Of a DNA stretch of 64,000 nucleotides, positions 30,972 to 40,350 are shown one piece after another. The stretch lies in NCBI GenBank assembly GCA_910578735.1, contig CAJTSQ010000004.1:22507-86506 (forward strand), given 5' to 3'. The notes beneath the pieces were generated by a model. It was given only the letters and a program-made list of their open reading frames with translations. It did not search any database and was not told the DNA's origin. Origin of the DNA: an uncultured Oscillospiraceae bacterium (GTDB taxonomy: Bacteria; Bacillota; Clostridia; Oscillospirales; Oscillospiraceae). The stretch's first letter is position 1. Every line of letters starts with the position of its first letter. Position numbers and translations under genes: made by a program.

Positions 30972-31793
30972 ATGAAACTATCTGCCTTGGACGGAAACGA
31001 ACGGATTAAGGATCAGCTATCCCGCCAGGAACGGGAGCGGGGGTTGTCCCACGCCTATATCATCTCCGGTCCCCACGGCTCCGGGCGGCACAACTTGGCC
31101 CGGCAGCTGACGGCGGCCATGCTGTGTACCTCCCGAGAGGAGAAGCCCTGTGGACACTGCGGGCCCTGCCTGAAGGTGAACAAGGGTATCCACCCCGATG
31201 TGGCAGTGGTGGCCGGACCGGGGGAGGGCAAGCCCATTACGGTGGATCAGGTGCGGCAGCTCCGCGCCGATGCCTACATCCGCCCCAACGAGGGGGAGCG
31301 GAAGGTCTACCTTCTGGAGGAGGCGGATCAGATGAACCCCTCTGCCCAGAACGCCATGCTCAAGCTGCTGGAGGAAGGCCCGCCTTACGCGGTGTTTCTC
31401 TTGTTGGCTGGCAATCCCGGGGGACTGCTCCAGACGGTGCGCTCCCGGTGTGAGGCGCTGGCACTGACTCCGGCGGCGCCGGACCGGGACGTCGGTATTG
31501 CCCCGGAACAGCTGGCGCTGGTAAAAGAGCTGGCCAGCGCTTTGGAGCGGGCGGGGGAGCTGGAGCTGCTGGAAACGGCTATGGCCCTGGACGGCAAGCG
31601 GGGGGAGGAGCTGTCTGCGTTCCTCTCCGCTCTGGAGAGTGAACTGGGAGACCAGGCCGTCAGGGGCGGAAACCGGCGCAGACTGCTGCGGGCAGTGGAG
31701 CTGGTCCGGGAGCTGAAGACTGCAGCCCGGTTGAATGTAAGCGGCGGGCCGCTGACCGGCTGGCTGTGCGCCCAGATGTTTGACGCTCTGTAA
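30972..31793 (+). CDS. holB: DNA polymerase III delta-prime subunit
   Basis: 273 aa. It has SHAYIISGPHGSGRHNLA, a Zn module CGHCGPC, and SRC. Confidence 0.85.
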   Translation: MKLSALDGNERIKDQLSRQERERGLSHAYIISGPHGSGRHNLARQLTAAMLCTSREEKPCGHCGPCLKVNKGIHPDVAVVAGPGEGKPITVDQVRQLRADAYIRPNEGERKVYLLEEADQMNPSAQNAMLKLLEEGPPYAVFLLLAGNPGGLLQTVRSRCEALALTPAAPDRDVGIAPEQLALVKELASALERAGELELLETAMALDGKRGEELSAFLSALESELGDQAVRGGNRRRLLRAVELVRELKTAARLNVSGGPLTGWLCAQMFDAL

Positions 31794-31827
31794 ATACAGG
31801 ATTTAATCGGACGAGGAGAAAATACTG

Positions 31828-32988
31828 ATGGTAGAGATTATTAGCATCCGCTTTAAAAACGGCGGAAAGGAGTACTACTTCAACCCCAATGGGATTCAGT
31901 TTCAGATTGGGGACGGTGTTATTGTAGAGACAGCAAAGGGGGTGGAGTACGCCCACTGTGTCCGGGAAAACACCATGATTGACGAGATCGAGCTCACCGC
32001 TCCCCTGCGGCCTGTGGTGCGGCTGGCCACGCCGGAGGACGTCAGAACGGTGGAGCAGAATCGGGAGCGGGAGAAACGAGCCATGTCCACCTGCCAGCAG
32101 AAAATTGCCGAACACGGCCTGGATATGAAGCTGGTCAGCGCTGAGTACAGTTTTGACGGCAGTAAGGTGTTGTTTTTCTTTACCTCGGAGGGCCGGGTGG
32201 ATTTCCGGGCCCTGGTGAAGGACCTGGCCAGTACCCTCCATGCCCGGATTGAGCTGCGGCAGATTGGCGTCCGGGACGAGGCCAAGCTGCTGGGGGGCCT
32301 GGGCATCTGCGGCAAGCCTTTCTGCTGCGCCCAGTTCCTGGAGGACTTTCAGCCGGTGTCCATTAAGATGGCCAAGACCCAAAACCTGTCCCTCAATCCT
32401 ACAAAAATTTCCGGCACCTGCGGGCGGCTGATGTGCTGCCTGAAGTATGAGCAGGAGGCCTACGAGGATTTGGTGAAGCATGCTCCCAAGCAGGAGTCTT
32501 TTGTAGAGACCCCGGACGGGGCGGGCACGGTATCCGGTGTCAATCTGCTCCGGCAGACCGTTCAGGTCCGGCTGGAGTCCGACCCGGAGAGTCCTAAGAC
32601 CTATCACAACTGTGAGCTGTGCGTCATTCGCAGCGGAAAAGGAAAGCGGCCTGAGGGCTATGTGGAGCCCCCCTTGGAGGAGCTGGCCAAGCTCCGCCGC
32701 CAGGAGGATGGACCCGCCCAGGTGACCGAGGAGGATTCGCTGGCCGCGGCCATTGAGGCGGCTTTCCCCAGCCGGGAGCACGGCGGGGAGGAGCAGGAGG
32801 AACGCAGGCCCAGCCGGCGAAACCGCCGTCACCGTTCCGGCAGGGGGGAAGGTGAGACCGGCGAGCGCCGCCCCAAGGAGCAGGCTCCGGAGCAGCAGTA
32901 CAAGGAGGGGGGCGGCGACCACCGCCCGGTCAACCGCCGCCGCCGCCGTCACCCCAAAAGCGGGGGAAAGCCTCCCAAGGCGGAATGA
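31828..32988 (+). CDS. ricT: RicT/YaaT (PSP1 domain) protein with an Arg/Glu-rich C-terminal extension
   Basis: 386 aa. The PSP1 core contains CGKPFCC...CGRLMCCLKYE. The last roughly 100 aa are low-complexity and basic. Confidence 0.9.
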   Translation: MVEIISIRFKNGGKEYYFNPNGIQFQIGDGVIVETAKGVEYAHCVRENTMIDEIELTAPLRPVVRLATPEDVRTVEQNREREKRAMSTCQQKIAEHGLDMKLVSAEYSFDGSKVLFFFTSEGRVDFRALVKDLASTLHARIELRQIGVRDEAKLLGGLGICGKPFCCAQFLEDFQPVSIKMAKTQNLSLNPTKISGTCGRLMCCLKYEQEAYEDLVKHAPKQESFVETPDGAGTVSGVNLLRQTVQVRLESDPESPKTYHNCELCVIRSGKGKRPEGYVEPPLEELAKLRRQEDGPAQVTEEDSLAAAIEAAFPSREHGGEEQEERRPSRRNRRHRSGRGEGETGERRPKEQAPEQQYKEGGGDHRPVNRRRRRHPKSGGKPPKAE

Positions 32989-33054
32989 GGATGAAGCAGG
33001 GCCCGGACGTATGAGCTGCGCCCGGGCCCTGAGGTTACAGAAAGAAGTGAGCGG

Positions 33055-33999
33055 ATGGCGGGTTTTTTAAATGCAGTTTCGGCCTGTCTGGTGCTGCTGA
33101 TGCTGATGGCGGTGGGTTACTTTATGGGGACCTGGGGCTGGATGACTGCGGCAGAGAAAAAATTTGTCAGCAAGTACATTGTCAATATCGCGGTGCCCTG
33201 CAACTGTATCGTGGGCCTGCTGAACAATCTGGACCGGAATGAGCTGGCCCGGGCGGGGATGATGGTGCTGTCCAGCGTGATTTCCGTGGCGGCAGGGCTG
33301 TTGATTTCGGCGGCGGCCGCCACACTGCTCCGCCTGCCCCGGGAGCGGTGGGGCGTCTTCGTGGCTATGGCGGGGCTGTCCAACACCATTTTTATTGGGA
33401 TTCCCGTGTGTACCCAGCTCTTTGGAGAGGCGTGTATGCCCTATCTGATGCTTTACTATCTGGGAAATACCAGCTTTCTCCAGTCGGTGGGGATCATGCT
33501 GGTAGAGCGGGCCGGCACGAAAGGGGAGCGAGGAGGGGGAGTTGGCGTCTTTATTCGGGACGTCTTTACCAAGCCTCCTATTCTGTCTGTTATCTTTGCG
33601 GTCCTGCTTCTGGTGCTGGGACTGCGGCTGCCTGCCCCGGTGATGCGGTTTGCGGGCTATATCAGCAATTCTGTGTCCCCCCTGGCCCTGATCTATTGCG
33701 GCTTTATTGTCTATGAGGTGGGGCTGAGGAGCCTGCGGCTTCTGCCGGGCCTGCCTGCGATGCTGGTGCTGCGGCTGGTCCTCTCCCCCTTGATCTGCCT
33801 GGGCTGCTGTGTCCTGTTTGGAATGGAAGGCCTGGCGCTCCGGGTCTTTGTGGTGGAGAGCGCCCTGCCGGTGGTCAGCCAGGTGACTGTGATGGCCGGG
33901 GCCTACGGCGCCGACGAGGAGTATGCCGCCACCGGCTCCTGCCTGTCTATTCTGGGCAGCTTTATTACGATTCCGGTGCTGATGCTGATTTTGGGATGA
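33055..33999 (+). CDS. AEC (auxin efflux carrier) family transporter
   Basis: 314 aa with about 10 TM helices in an AEC-like pattern. Confidence 0.8.
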   Translation: MAGFLNAVSACLVLLMLMAVGYFMGTWGWMTAAEKKFVSKYIVNIAVPCNCIVGLLNNLDRNELARAGMMVLSSVISVAAGLLISAAAATLLRLPRERWGVFVAMAGLSNTIFIGIPVCTQLFGEACMPYLMLYYLGNTSFLQSVGIMLVERAGTKGERGGGVGVFIRDVFTKPPILSVIFAVLLLVLGLRLPAPVMRFAGYISNSVSPLALIYCGFIVYEVGLRSLRLLPGLPAMLVLRLVLSPLICLGCCVLFGMEGLALRVFVVESALPVVSQVTVMAGAYGADEEYAATGSCLSILGSFITIPVLMLILG

Positions 34000-34002
34000 G
34001 AA

Positions 34003-34034
34003 AACCCGCCGCAGGAAGCGGCGGGTTATTTTTT
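34003..34034 (+). terminator. intrinsic terminator after the AEC transporter
   Basis: AACCCGCCGC-AGGAA-GCGGCGGGTT followed by ATTTTTT. Confidence 0.75.
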
Positions 34035-34129
34035 GGGATATGGCGTTGGGTTGGTTGTGTGGCCTGACGGATAATCTACACTGGTTTGATTACAATCCGC
34101 CAGGCGGAACAAAATTTCAAGTGCACAGA

Positions 34130-34172
34130 TAAGATAAAATAGTCCCCAGAGGTCCAGTAGGGCCTCTGGGGA
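34130..34172 (-). terminator. terminator after aspS
   Basis: A 10-bp stem TCCCCAGAGG/CCTCTGGGGA is followed on the minus strand by CTATTTTATCTT. Confidence 0.55.
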
Positions 34173-34177
34173 TAGTA

Positions 34178-35974
34178 TTATTCAGCGGTATCTTCCGTCT
34201 TTGTGACGGCGATGTTCAGCTCGTCCAGCTGACTCTGTTCCACCGGGCTGGGAGCCCCCATCATCAGGTCTTGGGCGTTCTTGTTCATGGGGAAGGGAAT
34301 TACCTCCCGGATGGACTCCTCGCCGGACAGCAGCATGACCATCCGGTCCACCCCAGGGGCGATGCCGGCGTGGGGGGGAGCGCCGTAGGTGAAGGCGTTG
34401 TACATGGCGGGGAATTTGCTCCGCACGTCCTCCTCCTCCAGGCCCACCATCCAGAAGGCCTTGACCATGAGCTCCGGGTCGTGGTTGCGCACTGCGCCGG
34501 AGCTGAGCTCCACCCCGTTGCACACCAGGTCATACTGGAAGGCGGTGATGGACAGGGGGTCCACCTCTCCCTTGATGGCCTTTTCGATGATCTCCAGGCC
34601 GCCGTTGGGCATGGAGAAGGGGTTGTGGCAGAATTCCAGCTCGCCGGACTCCTCGCCGATCTCATACATGGGGAAATCCACGATCCAGCAGAACTCATAC
34701 CGCTCCTTGACGAAGTGGGCGGGGCAGAGGGGCGCCACGGTCTTGATGAATACCCCGGCGGTTTTTTGCGCCGCCAGCAGCGTTCCAGCGGACAGGCCCA
34801 CCAGACAGCCGGGGGCGAGGGTCAGGGCCTCCACCACCAGGTCCTTGATGGGCTGGAGGAATTTGGAGATTCCGCCCACCAGCTCCCCCTTCTCATCATA
34901 GCGGAACCAGTACACCTTGTTCCCCGTCTGGACCTCCACGTCGGCGCACAGCTTGTCGATCTGTTTCCGGCTCCCCTCGAAGCCGTACACCACCACCGCC
35001 TTTACCCGCTGGTTCTCAAAGGGCGGGAACCCGCAGCCGGACAGCAGCTGGGTCAGGTCCTGCACCGTCAGGTCGATGCGCAGGTCGGGCTTGTCCGTGC
35101 CGTACTTTTCCATGGCCTCCAGGTAGGGGATGCGCCGGAAAGGAGCGGTGGAGGCGGTGTTATACTTGCCGTATTTGGCAAAGATGGGGGGGAGCACGTC
35201 CTCCAGCACGGCAAAGACGTCCTCCTGGTCGGCGAAGGCCATCTCCATGTCCAGCTGGTAGAACTCACCGGGGGAGCGGTCGCCCCGGGCGTCCTCGTCC
35301 CGGAAGCAGGGGGCGATTTGGAAGTACTTGTCGAAGCCGGAGGCCATGAGCAGCTGCTTGAACTGCTGGGGGGCCTGGGGCAAGGCATAGAATTTTCCCG
35401 GGTGCTTCCGGGAGGGCACCAGGTAGTCCCGGGCCCCCTCGGGGGAGGAGGCGGTGAGGATGGGGGTGGTGATCTCCAGGAAGCCGTGGTCGGTCATGGC
35501 GGCGCGCAGGGCGGACACCACCTGAGAACGCAGGACGATGTTGTTCTTGACCTCGGGATTGCGCAGGTCCAGATAGCGGTACTTCAGCCGGGCGGACTCG
35601 TCCGCCTCCCGGCTGCGGGTAACGGGGAAGGGCAGCTCGTTGTGCCGGCAGCGGCCCAGCACCTCGATCTTGGCGGGGACCACCTCAATGTCGCCGGTGG
35701 GGAGCTTGGGGTTTTTGCTGTCCCGTTCCCGGACGGCGCCGGTGACGGAAATCACCGTCTCCTTGTTCAGCTCTTTGGCGGTTTGAATCATCTCCTCCGT
35801 CTCCAGCACTACCTGGGTGGTGCCGTAGAAGTCCCGGAGGACCAGGAAGGCCAGATTGCCCGACACCTCCCGCAGGTTCTCCATCCAGCCGGACAAAGTG
35901 ACCGTCTGCCCCACCTGCTCTATGCGCAGTTCGCCGCAGGTGTGGGTGCGGTAAAAGGTGCTTGTGTCACCCAT
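34178..35974 (-). CDS. aspS: aspartate--tRNA ligase
   Basis: 598 aa. Class IIb motifs FYALPQAPQQFKQLLM and GLDRMVML-type (GVDRMVML) are present. Confidence 0.97.
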   Translation of the reverse strand: MGDTSTFYRTHTCGELRIEQVGQTVTLSGWMENLREVSGNLAFLVLRDFYGTTQVVLETEEMIQTAKELNKETVISVTGAVRERDSKNPKLPTGDIEVVPAKIEVLGRCRHNELPFPVTRSREADESARLKYRYLDLRNPEVKNNIVLRSQVVSALRAAMTDHGFLEITTPILTASSPEGARDYLVPSRKHPGKFYALPQAPQQFKQLLMASGFDKYFQIAPCFRDEDARGDRSPGEFYQLDMEMAFADQEDVFAVLEDVLPPIFAKYGKYNTASTAPFRRIPYLEAMEKYGTDKPDLRIDLTVQDLTQLLSGCGFPPFENQRVKAVVVYGFEGSRKQIDKLCADVEVQTGNKVYWFRYDEKGELVGGISKFLQPIKDLVVEALTLAPGCLVGLSAGTLLAAQKTAGVFIKTVAPLCPAHFVKERYEFCWIVDFPMYEIGEESGELEFCHNPFSMPNGGLEIIEKAIKGEVDPLSITAFQYDLVCNGVELSSGAVRNHDPELMVKAFWMVGLEEEDVRSKFPAMYNAFTYGAPPHAGIAPGVDRMVMLLSGEESIREVIPFPMNKNAQDLMMGAPSPVEQSQLDELNIAVTKTEDTAE

Positions 35975-36050
35975 ATTATCAACTCCTGTTTGTATTATTT
36001 ATCATTTGTAATTCCATTTTGTAATTGCAAGCTCGACTGTAGTTCCTGCT

Positions 36051-36194
36051 CTATATCGTCGGGGGAGGAGGGGGCGTAACCCCGCCAGTGCCCTCCGTCG
36101 AATAGTCTGAGGTAACATAGGCCGCAGTAAGACCGAGACCGAAGGCGGATAGAAGAACGGCAATGACACAGAGAATCCAGAGCTTCTTTTTCAT
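36051..36194 (-). CDS. possible 47-aa membrane/secreted peptide ending in PPPPPTI
   Basis: ATG 36194 inside ORF 36051..36359 has a GGAAAGGAA SD. It reads MKKKLWILCVIAVLLSAFGLGLTAAYVTSDYSTEGTGGVTPPPPPTI. Confidence 0.4.
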   Translation of the reverse strand: MKKKLWILCVIAVLLSAFGLGLTAAYVTSDYSTEGTGGVTPPPPPTI

Positions 36195-36217
36195 AGGGGG
36201 TTCCTTTCCACGGCGGA

Positions 36218-36356
36218 GGAATCCCCCCGCCACTTCGTGGCCCTCCCCCCTTTGACAGGGGGGCTTTTTACGCTTAATTGTGAGTTTTCCTCCTAAAGCC
36301 TCCCTTGCTAAAGGGAGGGGGACCGCCGGACAAAGTCCGGTGGTGGAGGGATTCCG
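36218..36356. repeat. compound palindromic repeat, family 2, locus 1 (B-arm, spacer, A-arm)
   Basis: The B-arm is GGAATCCCCCCGCCACTTCGTGGCCCTCCCCCCTTTGACAGGGGGGCTT. The A-arm is AAGCCTCCCTTGCTAAAGGGAGGGGGACCGCCGGACAAAGTCCGGTGGTGGAGGGATTCCG. The A-arm is about 90 percent identical to 55474..55534. Confidence 0.8.
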
Positions 36357-36370
36357 CACTAGGAGAGGAT

Positions 36371-37738
36371 TTACTCCCCCTTGTCCAGAATGGGGGTGGC
36401 GGCGTCGTCGGCACCCATGGCGGCGACAATCTTCTCCACGGCCTCGCCTGTGGGGAGGAGACCCTGCTCCCCGGAGCGCATATTTTTCAGGGACACCTTG
36501 TCCTGCTTGATCTCATCGTCCCCCAGGAAGATGACGTAGGGCACCCCCAGCTTATCGGCGTAGTTCATCTTCTGCTTGAATTTCTTCTGCTCGCCGTAAA
36601 TCTGGGTGCGCACCCCGGCGGATCGCAGCTGGGTGGACAGGGTAATGGCGGGGCCCATGTCGTCGGTCATGGGGAGGATCAGCACGTCGGCGGGGGCGGT
36701 GTTCAGGGCGTCGTTCAGGTAGCCCTGGTCTTCCAGAACAAAGAACAGACGGGTCAGACCGATGGAAATTCCAACGCCGGGGAGTTGTTTATCGGTATAA
36801 TATTCCGCTAAGTTATCAAACCGTCCGCCAGAGCAGATGGAGCCGATCTCCGGGTGATCCAACATGGTGGTCTCATAGACGGTACCGGTGTAGTAGTCCA
36901 GGCCCCGGGCGATGGTCAGGTCCAGGACAAAGTGAGTCTCGGGCACGCCGAAGGCGGCCAGGTTCCTGGCCACGGCAGCCAGCTCGTCCAGGCCCTCGTC
37001 AAACTTGGGATCCCGGCCCCGGTAGCCCTCCAGGGCGGCAAGGATATCCGCATTACAGCCCTTGATATCAATGAATCTGAGGATTTCCGCTGCCTGGTCG
37101 TTGCTCAGGCCGATGTCCGGGGCGGTGAGCAGCTCCCGGACCGACTTCTCGCCGATCTTTTCCAGCTTGTCCACCGTGCGCATGATGGCGCCGGACTGGG
37201 CGGTGAGACCCAGCATGGAGTAAAAGCCGTTGAGGATCTTTCGGTTATTCACCCGGATCTGGAATCGCTTCAGACCCAGAGAGGTGAAGGTGCGGTAGAT
37301 AATGGCGGGAATCTCCGCGTCGTTGGAGATGTCCAGCTGGCCGTCGCCGATGACATCGATGTCCGCCTGATAGAACTCCCGGAACCGGCCCCGCTGGGCC
37401 CGCTCGCCCCGGTACACCTTGCCAACCTGGAACCGGCGGAAGGGGAAGGCCAGCTTGGCGTAATTCAGTGCCACATACTTGGCCAGGGGGACGGTGAGGT
37501 CAAAGCGGAGGGACAGGTCTGAGTCCCCCTTGGAGAAGCGATAGATTTGCTTCTCGGTCTCCCCGCCGCCCTTGGCCAGCAGCACCTCGCTGGCCTCGAT
37601 GATGGGGGTGTCCAGAGGGGTGAAGGCGTAAAGGGAGAAGGATTCCCGGATAATGGAGGTCATGCGGTCAAACTGAATTTGACGGGCGGGGAGGAGCTCC
37701 ATAAAGCCGGAGAGTGTTCTGGGTTGTACCTTAGCCAT
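36371..37738 (-). CDS. hisS: histidine--tRNA ligase
   Basis: 455 aa. Class IIa motifs include FRRFQVGKVYRGERAQRGRFREFYQ. Confidence 0.95.
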   Translation of the reverse strand: MAKVQPRTLSGFMELLPARQIQFDRMTSIIRESFSLYAFTPLDTPIIEASEVLLAKGGGETEKQIYRFSKGDSDLSLRFDLTVPLAKYVALNYAKLAFPFRRFQVGKVYRGERAQRGRFREFYQADIDVIGDGQLDISNDAEIPAIIYRTFTSLGLKRFQIRVNNRKILNGFYSMLGLTAQSGAIMRTVDKLEKIGEKSVRELLTAPDIGLSNDQAAEILRFIDIKGCNADILAALEGYRGRDPKFDEGLDELAAVARNLAAFGVPETHFVLDLTIARGLDYYTGTVYETTMLDHPEIGSICSGGRFDNLAEYYTDKQLPGVGISIGLTRLFFVLEDQGYLNDALNTAPADVLILPMTDDMGPAITLSTQLRSAGVRTQIYGEQKKFKQKMNYADKLGVPYVIFLGDDEIKQDKVSLKNMRSGEQGLLPTGEAVEKIVAAMGADDAATPILDKGE

Positions 37739-37776
37739 AGTTCATGTTCCTTTCTTTTGTCACACACAATTATTTT

Positions 37777-37801
37777 GCAGAGGCGGCCTGTGGCCGCTCG
37801 C
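37777..37801. repeat. second copy of the GGCGGCC-ACAG/CTGT-GGCCGCC hairpin (caps decayed)
   Basis: It reads GCAGAGGCGGCCTGTGGCCGCTCGC. The 19-nt core AGAGGCGGCCTGTGGCCGC is identical to the reverse complement of 30926..30952. Confidence 0.55.
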
Positions 37802-37827
37802 TGATATTTTGCTGTAGGAGACTTCTG

Positions 37828-37896
37828 TAGGGACGCTTCACGAAGCGTTCGCAAAATGCAGCATTTTCCAAACGGACGCATCGTGATGCGTCCTCA
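37828..37896 (+). repeat. GTAG/CTAC-capped palindromic doublet, copy D
   Basis: It reads GTAGGGACGCTTCACGAAGCGTTC-22 nt-GGACGCATCGTGATGCGTCCTCAC, between mgsA and hisS. Confidence 0.8.
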
Positions 37897-37920
37897 CGGA
37901 GCGGTTCCAGGAGAGCGGCG

Positions 37921-37964
37921 AAAATGCGGAACGCTCCCATCCACGAGAATCGGGACGGGAGCGC
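37921..37964 (-). terminator. probable terminator after mgsA
   Basis: On the minus strand, the stem GCGCTCCC...GGGAGCGT is followed by TCCGCATTTT. Confidence 0.45.
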
Positions 37965-37984
37965 ACAGGTGGATGCGCCGCCGG

Positions 37985-38401
37985 TTACAGGGCGAAGGGG
38001 ACCCGATTGGGATTCATTCCCTCGCGCCAGTCCAGGTCGCCCCGGGCCAGTCCGTGGATCAGCAGCTCGGCGGTGGCCACGTTGGTGGCCACGGGGACGG
38101 AGTGCTGGTCGCACAGGCGGGTGATATATAAAACGTCCTTATCCATCTCGTTATCCTGGGGGGAGTTGAAAAACAGTACCATGTCGATCTCATTGTAGAT
38201 GATCCGCTGCCCAATCTGTTCAATGCCCCCATGCTCATGGGACAGGAACAGGTTGACGGGCAAGCCGGTAGCTTCCGCCACCATACGTCCGGTGGCGTTG
38301 GTGCCGCAGACGGAATGCTTGGACAGAACACCGCAGTAAGCGGTACAGAACTGTACCATCAGGTCTTGCTTTTTGGTATGGCTCATAATTGCGATATTCA
38401 T
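37985..38401 (-). CDS. mgsA: methylglyoxal synthase-like protein
   Basis: 138 aa. The MGS-like fold pattern reads IAIMSHTKKQDL...GTNATG...GGIEQIG...DMVLFF..P. Confidence 0.85.
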   Translation of the reverse strand: MNIAIMSHTKKQDLMVQFCTAYCGVLSKHSVCGTNATGRMVAEATGLPVNLFLSHEHGGIEQIGQRIIYNEIDMVLFFNSPQDNEMDKDVLYITRLCDQHSVPVATNVATAELLIHGLARGDLDWREGMNPNRVPFAL

Positions 38402-38434
38402 GGCATCAATACCTCCTTGAAATAGATTTGGGGG

Positions 38435-39169
38435 TTAGCGAATTCGCATGATGGGGACGCGATGCCCCTCCAGGCGTCGGGCGATGTTCCAGCAGGCCAG
38501 GGCGGCGCCCCGTTTTCCCCGGGTGGTGAGGGGCTGGCCCAGGTTGGCGCAGAGAATCACTTGGGGGTCCTCCGGGACGACACCGATAAGGGGGAGTCCG
38601 GCGGCATCCATGGCGTCGTCAATGGTGGCGCGCAGCCGGCGCAGCAGCTTGGCTTGAATGCGGTTCATCACCAGATGGACCTGGCGTACTCCCTCCAGCT
38701 CGGTTACCGTCCTCTGGGCGTCCCGCAGGGAGGAGGTGTCGTTGGTGGCTACGACGATGACCCGGTCGGCCCCGCAGATGGCCAGCCGGAAGCCCGGGCC
38801 CAGGCCGGCGGGGGAGTCGATGAGGATGTAGTCATACATGCTGCGGGCGTTGTCCAGCAGCGCGCGCACCTTATCCGGGGTGAGGCTGGCCGGCATGGTC
38901 ATGGGAGCGGTGAGGAGGGAAAGTCCCTTCAGGGTGGGATGTTCCACCGCCGCCCGGGCCAGCGGGCAGCGGCCCAGCGCCACATCGGAGAAGTCCATCA
39001 GGGCCCGGTCATTCAGTCCCAGGGTGATATCCAGATTGCGCAGGCCAATATCCATGTCGATGCAGAGAACCCGGCGGTCCATCAGGGCCAGAGAGGCGGC
39101 CGTTCCGCCGGCAATCGAGGTCTTCCCAGTCCCGCCCTTGCCGGATGTGATTGCGATTACGGTGCCCAT
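38435..39169 (-). CDS. MinD/ParA-family P-loop ATPase (MinD-like, no obvious C-terminal amphipathic helix)
   Basis: 244 aa. It has the deviant Walker A SGKGGTGKTS, then IDMDIGLRNLD, DSPAG and VVPED, as in MinD. No minC or minE is adjacent. Confidence 0.85.
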   Translation of the reverse strand: MGTVIAITSGKGGTGKTSIAGGTAASLALMDRRVLCIDMDIGLRNLDITLGLNDRALMDFSDVALGRCPLARAAVEHPTLKGLSLLTAPMTMPASLTPDKVRALLDNARSMYDYILIDSPAGLGPGFRLAICGADRVIVVATNDTSSLRDAQRTVTELEGVRQVHLVMNRIQAKLLRRLRATIDDAMDAAGLPLIGVVPEDPQVILCANLGQPLTTRGKRGAALACWNIARRLEGHRVPIMRIR

Positions 39170-39291
39170 GTGGAAGTACCTCCTGATTCACACGTTTAAT
39201 ATATCATAAATCTGTTATACGTCAACCTTTTTTTGAGGATTTTTTAGAAAAAATTTACAATTTCCCTTCCTTTTTTAGGGAGCGCCGTGAA

Positions 39292-40011
39292 TTATAGAGG
39301 TTCTTTCTGTATTTTGGCCCATCTTCGGGGATAACCCTTCAGGGTGGGGGCCATTTTTTGAATGACAATCAGCCGGTGGGTAATGTCAGTTCCGGGGATT
39401 TGATAGTCCTGAACCTCTGTCACTCTGCCTCCCAGCAGCTTGACGGCGTGGGCGGCCTCCTCCAGTTCCTGGTCGCTGCTGGTGGACTTCATGGCCAGGA
39501 ATTGGCCCCCCACCTTCACAAAGGGGAGACACAGCTCACACAGCACCCGCAGCTCGGCCACCGCCCGGGCGGTTACAAAGTCGAAGCTGTCCCGCAGGCC
39601 CTGTTTTTCCAGGGCAAACTCCTCCGCCCGGCCATAGAAAGTGGTGATGCTGTCCACGCCGTCCAGCGCGTCACAGACCTCTGTGAGCCAGTTCAGCCGC
39701 TTGGCCAGGGAGTCCAGCAGGGTAACCTTCAGGGAGGGAACCAGAATTTTCAGCACCATCCCCGGAAAGCCCGCCCCGGTACCCACATCCACAAGGGTCT
39801 TGCCCTCAAAGTTGCAGAATTTCAGCAGGGCGGCGCAGTCCAGCATGTGCAGCCGGGCTACGCCCTCCGGCTCCCGGATGGCAGTGAGGTTCATCATCCG
39901 GTTTTTCTCTAAGAGCATCTGTCCGTATTGGGCCAGCCGGGCGGGGGCGTCCTTTGGGACGCGGGCTGTCAGGCCCAGCTGGTCCAGTCCGGCGGAAATG
40001 ATCTGTTCCAT
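39292..40011 (-). CDS. rsmG: 16S rRNA (guanine527-N7)-methyltransferase
   Basis: 239 aa. It has the SAM motif DVGTGAGFPG and the RsmG pattern NLT.I. Confidence 0.95.
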   Translation of the reverse strand: MEQIISAGLDQLGLTARVPKDAPARLAQYGQMLLEKNRMMNLTAIREPEGVARLHMLDCAALLKFCNFEGKTLVDVGTGAGFPGMVLKILVPSLKVTLLDSLAKRLNWLTEVCDALDGVDSITTFYGRAEEFALEKQGLRDSFDFVTARAVAELRVLCELCLPFVKVGGQFLAMKSTSSDQELEEAAHAVKLLGGRVTEVQDYQIPGTDITHRLIVIQKMAPTLKGYPRRWAKIQKEPL

Positions 40012-40014
40012 AGT

Positions 40015-40350
40015 TCAGCCTCCGAAGTTGGACAGCAGCCCGGCGATACCGATGGGCAGGGTGGCCAGGGCCAGCAGCCAGCAGAGAATTGCCAGACTGA
40101 TCGCCGGCCATTTTCCCGGCTTTCCGGTGGTCCGCCAGGACACCAGCGCCACAATGCCCAGCCCTATCAGGCCGGGGACGGTGAGCAGAGGTCCCAGGTT
40201 GCCCAGGCCGGTGCCGGTGAAGTAGAAGTAAGTGGTCAGGGCCAGCAGGATGAGGGCGTAGACCACGCCGATCCAGGCCAGCGTCCGTTTGACGGGGGAG
40301 GCGGGGGTAAAGCCCGTTTCCTCCCTGCCTTCGTGTTTATCTTCAGGCAT
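40015..40350 (-). CDS. hypothetical membrane protein (111 aa, 3 TM)
   Basis: It overlaps the mscL stop by 8 nt and ends 4 nt before the rsmG start. Confidence 0.55.
   Translation of the reverse strand: MPEDKHEGREETGFTPASPVKRTLAWIGVVYALILLALTTYFYFTGTGLGNLGPLLTVPGLIGLGIVALVSWRTTGKPGKWPAISLAILCWLLALATLPIGIAGLLSNFGG

Noticed and set aside
34271-36079. 602-aa plus-strand ORF. Similar long antisense ORFs are 6965..8365, 9342..10811, 10951..12540, 19369..20787, 31660..32952, 41844..43217, 47361..48281, 48979..50307, 51512..52816, 54166..55371, 55726..57573 and 60681..61841
   Set aside because: Each one overlaps, on the opposite strand, a gene with unambiguous family motifs (aspS, LtaS-like, glyQS, gyrB, ricT, serS, BMP, ABC genes, thiolase, proB and others). 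None has recognisable domains.
37739-37984. Expected T-box leader upstream of hisS-aspS; the same check was made for the 49-nt spacer upstream of serS (43158-43206)
   Set aside because: No T-box sequence (GGTGGnACCxCG), AG bulge or distal-loop motif is present. The hisS spacer is occupied by the mgsA terminator and repeat elements, and the serS spacer by a parS site.
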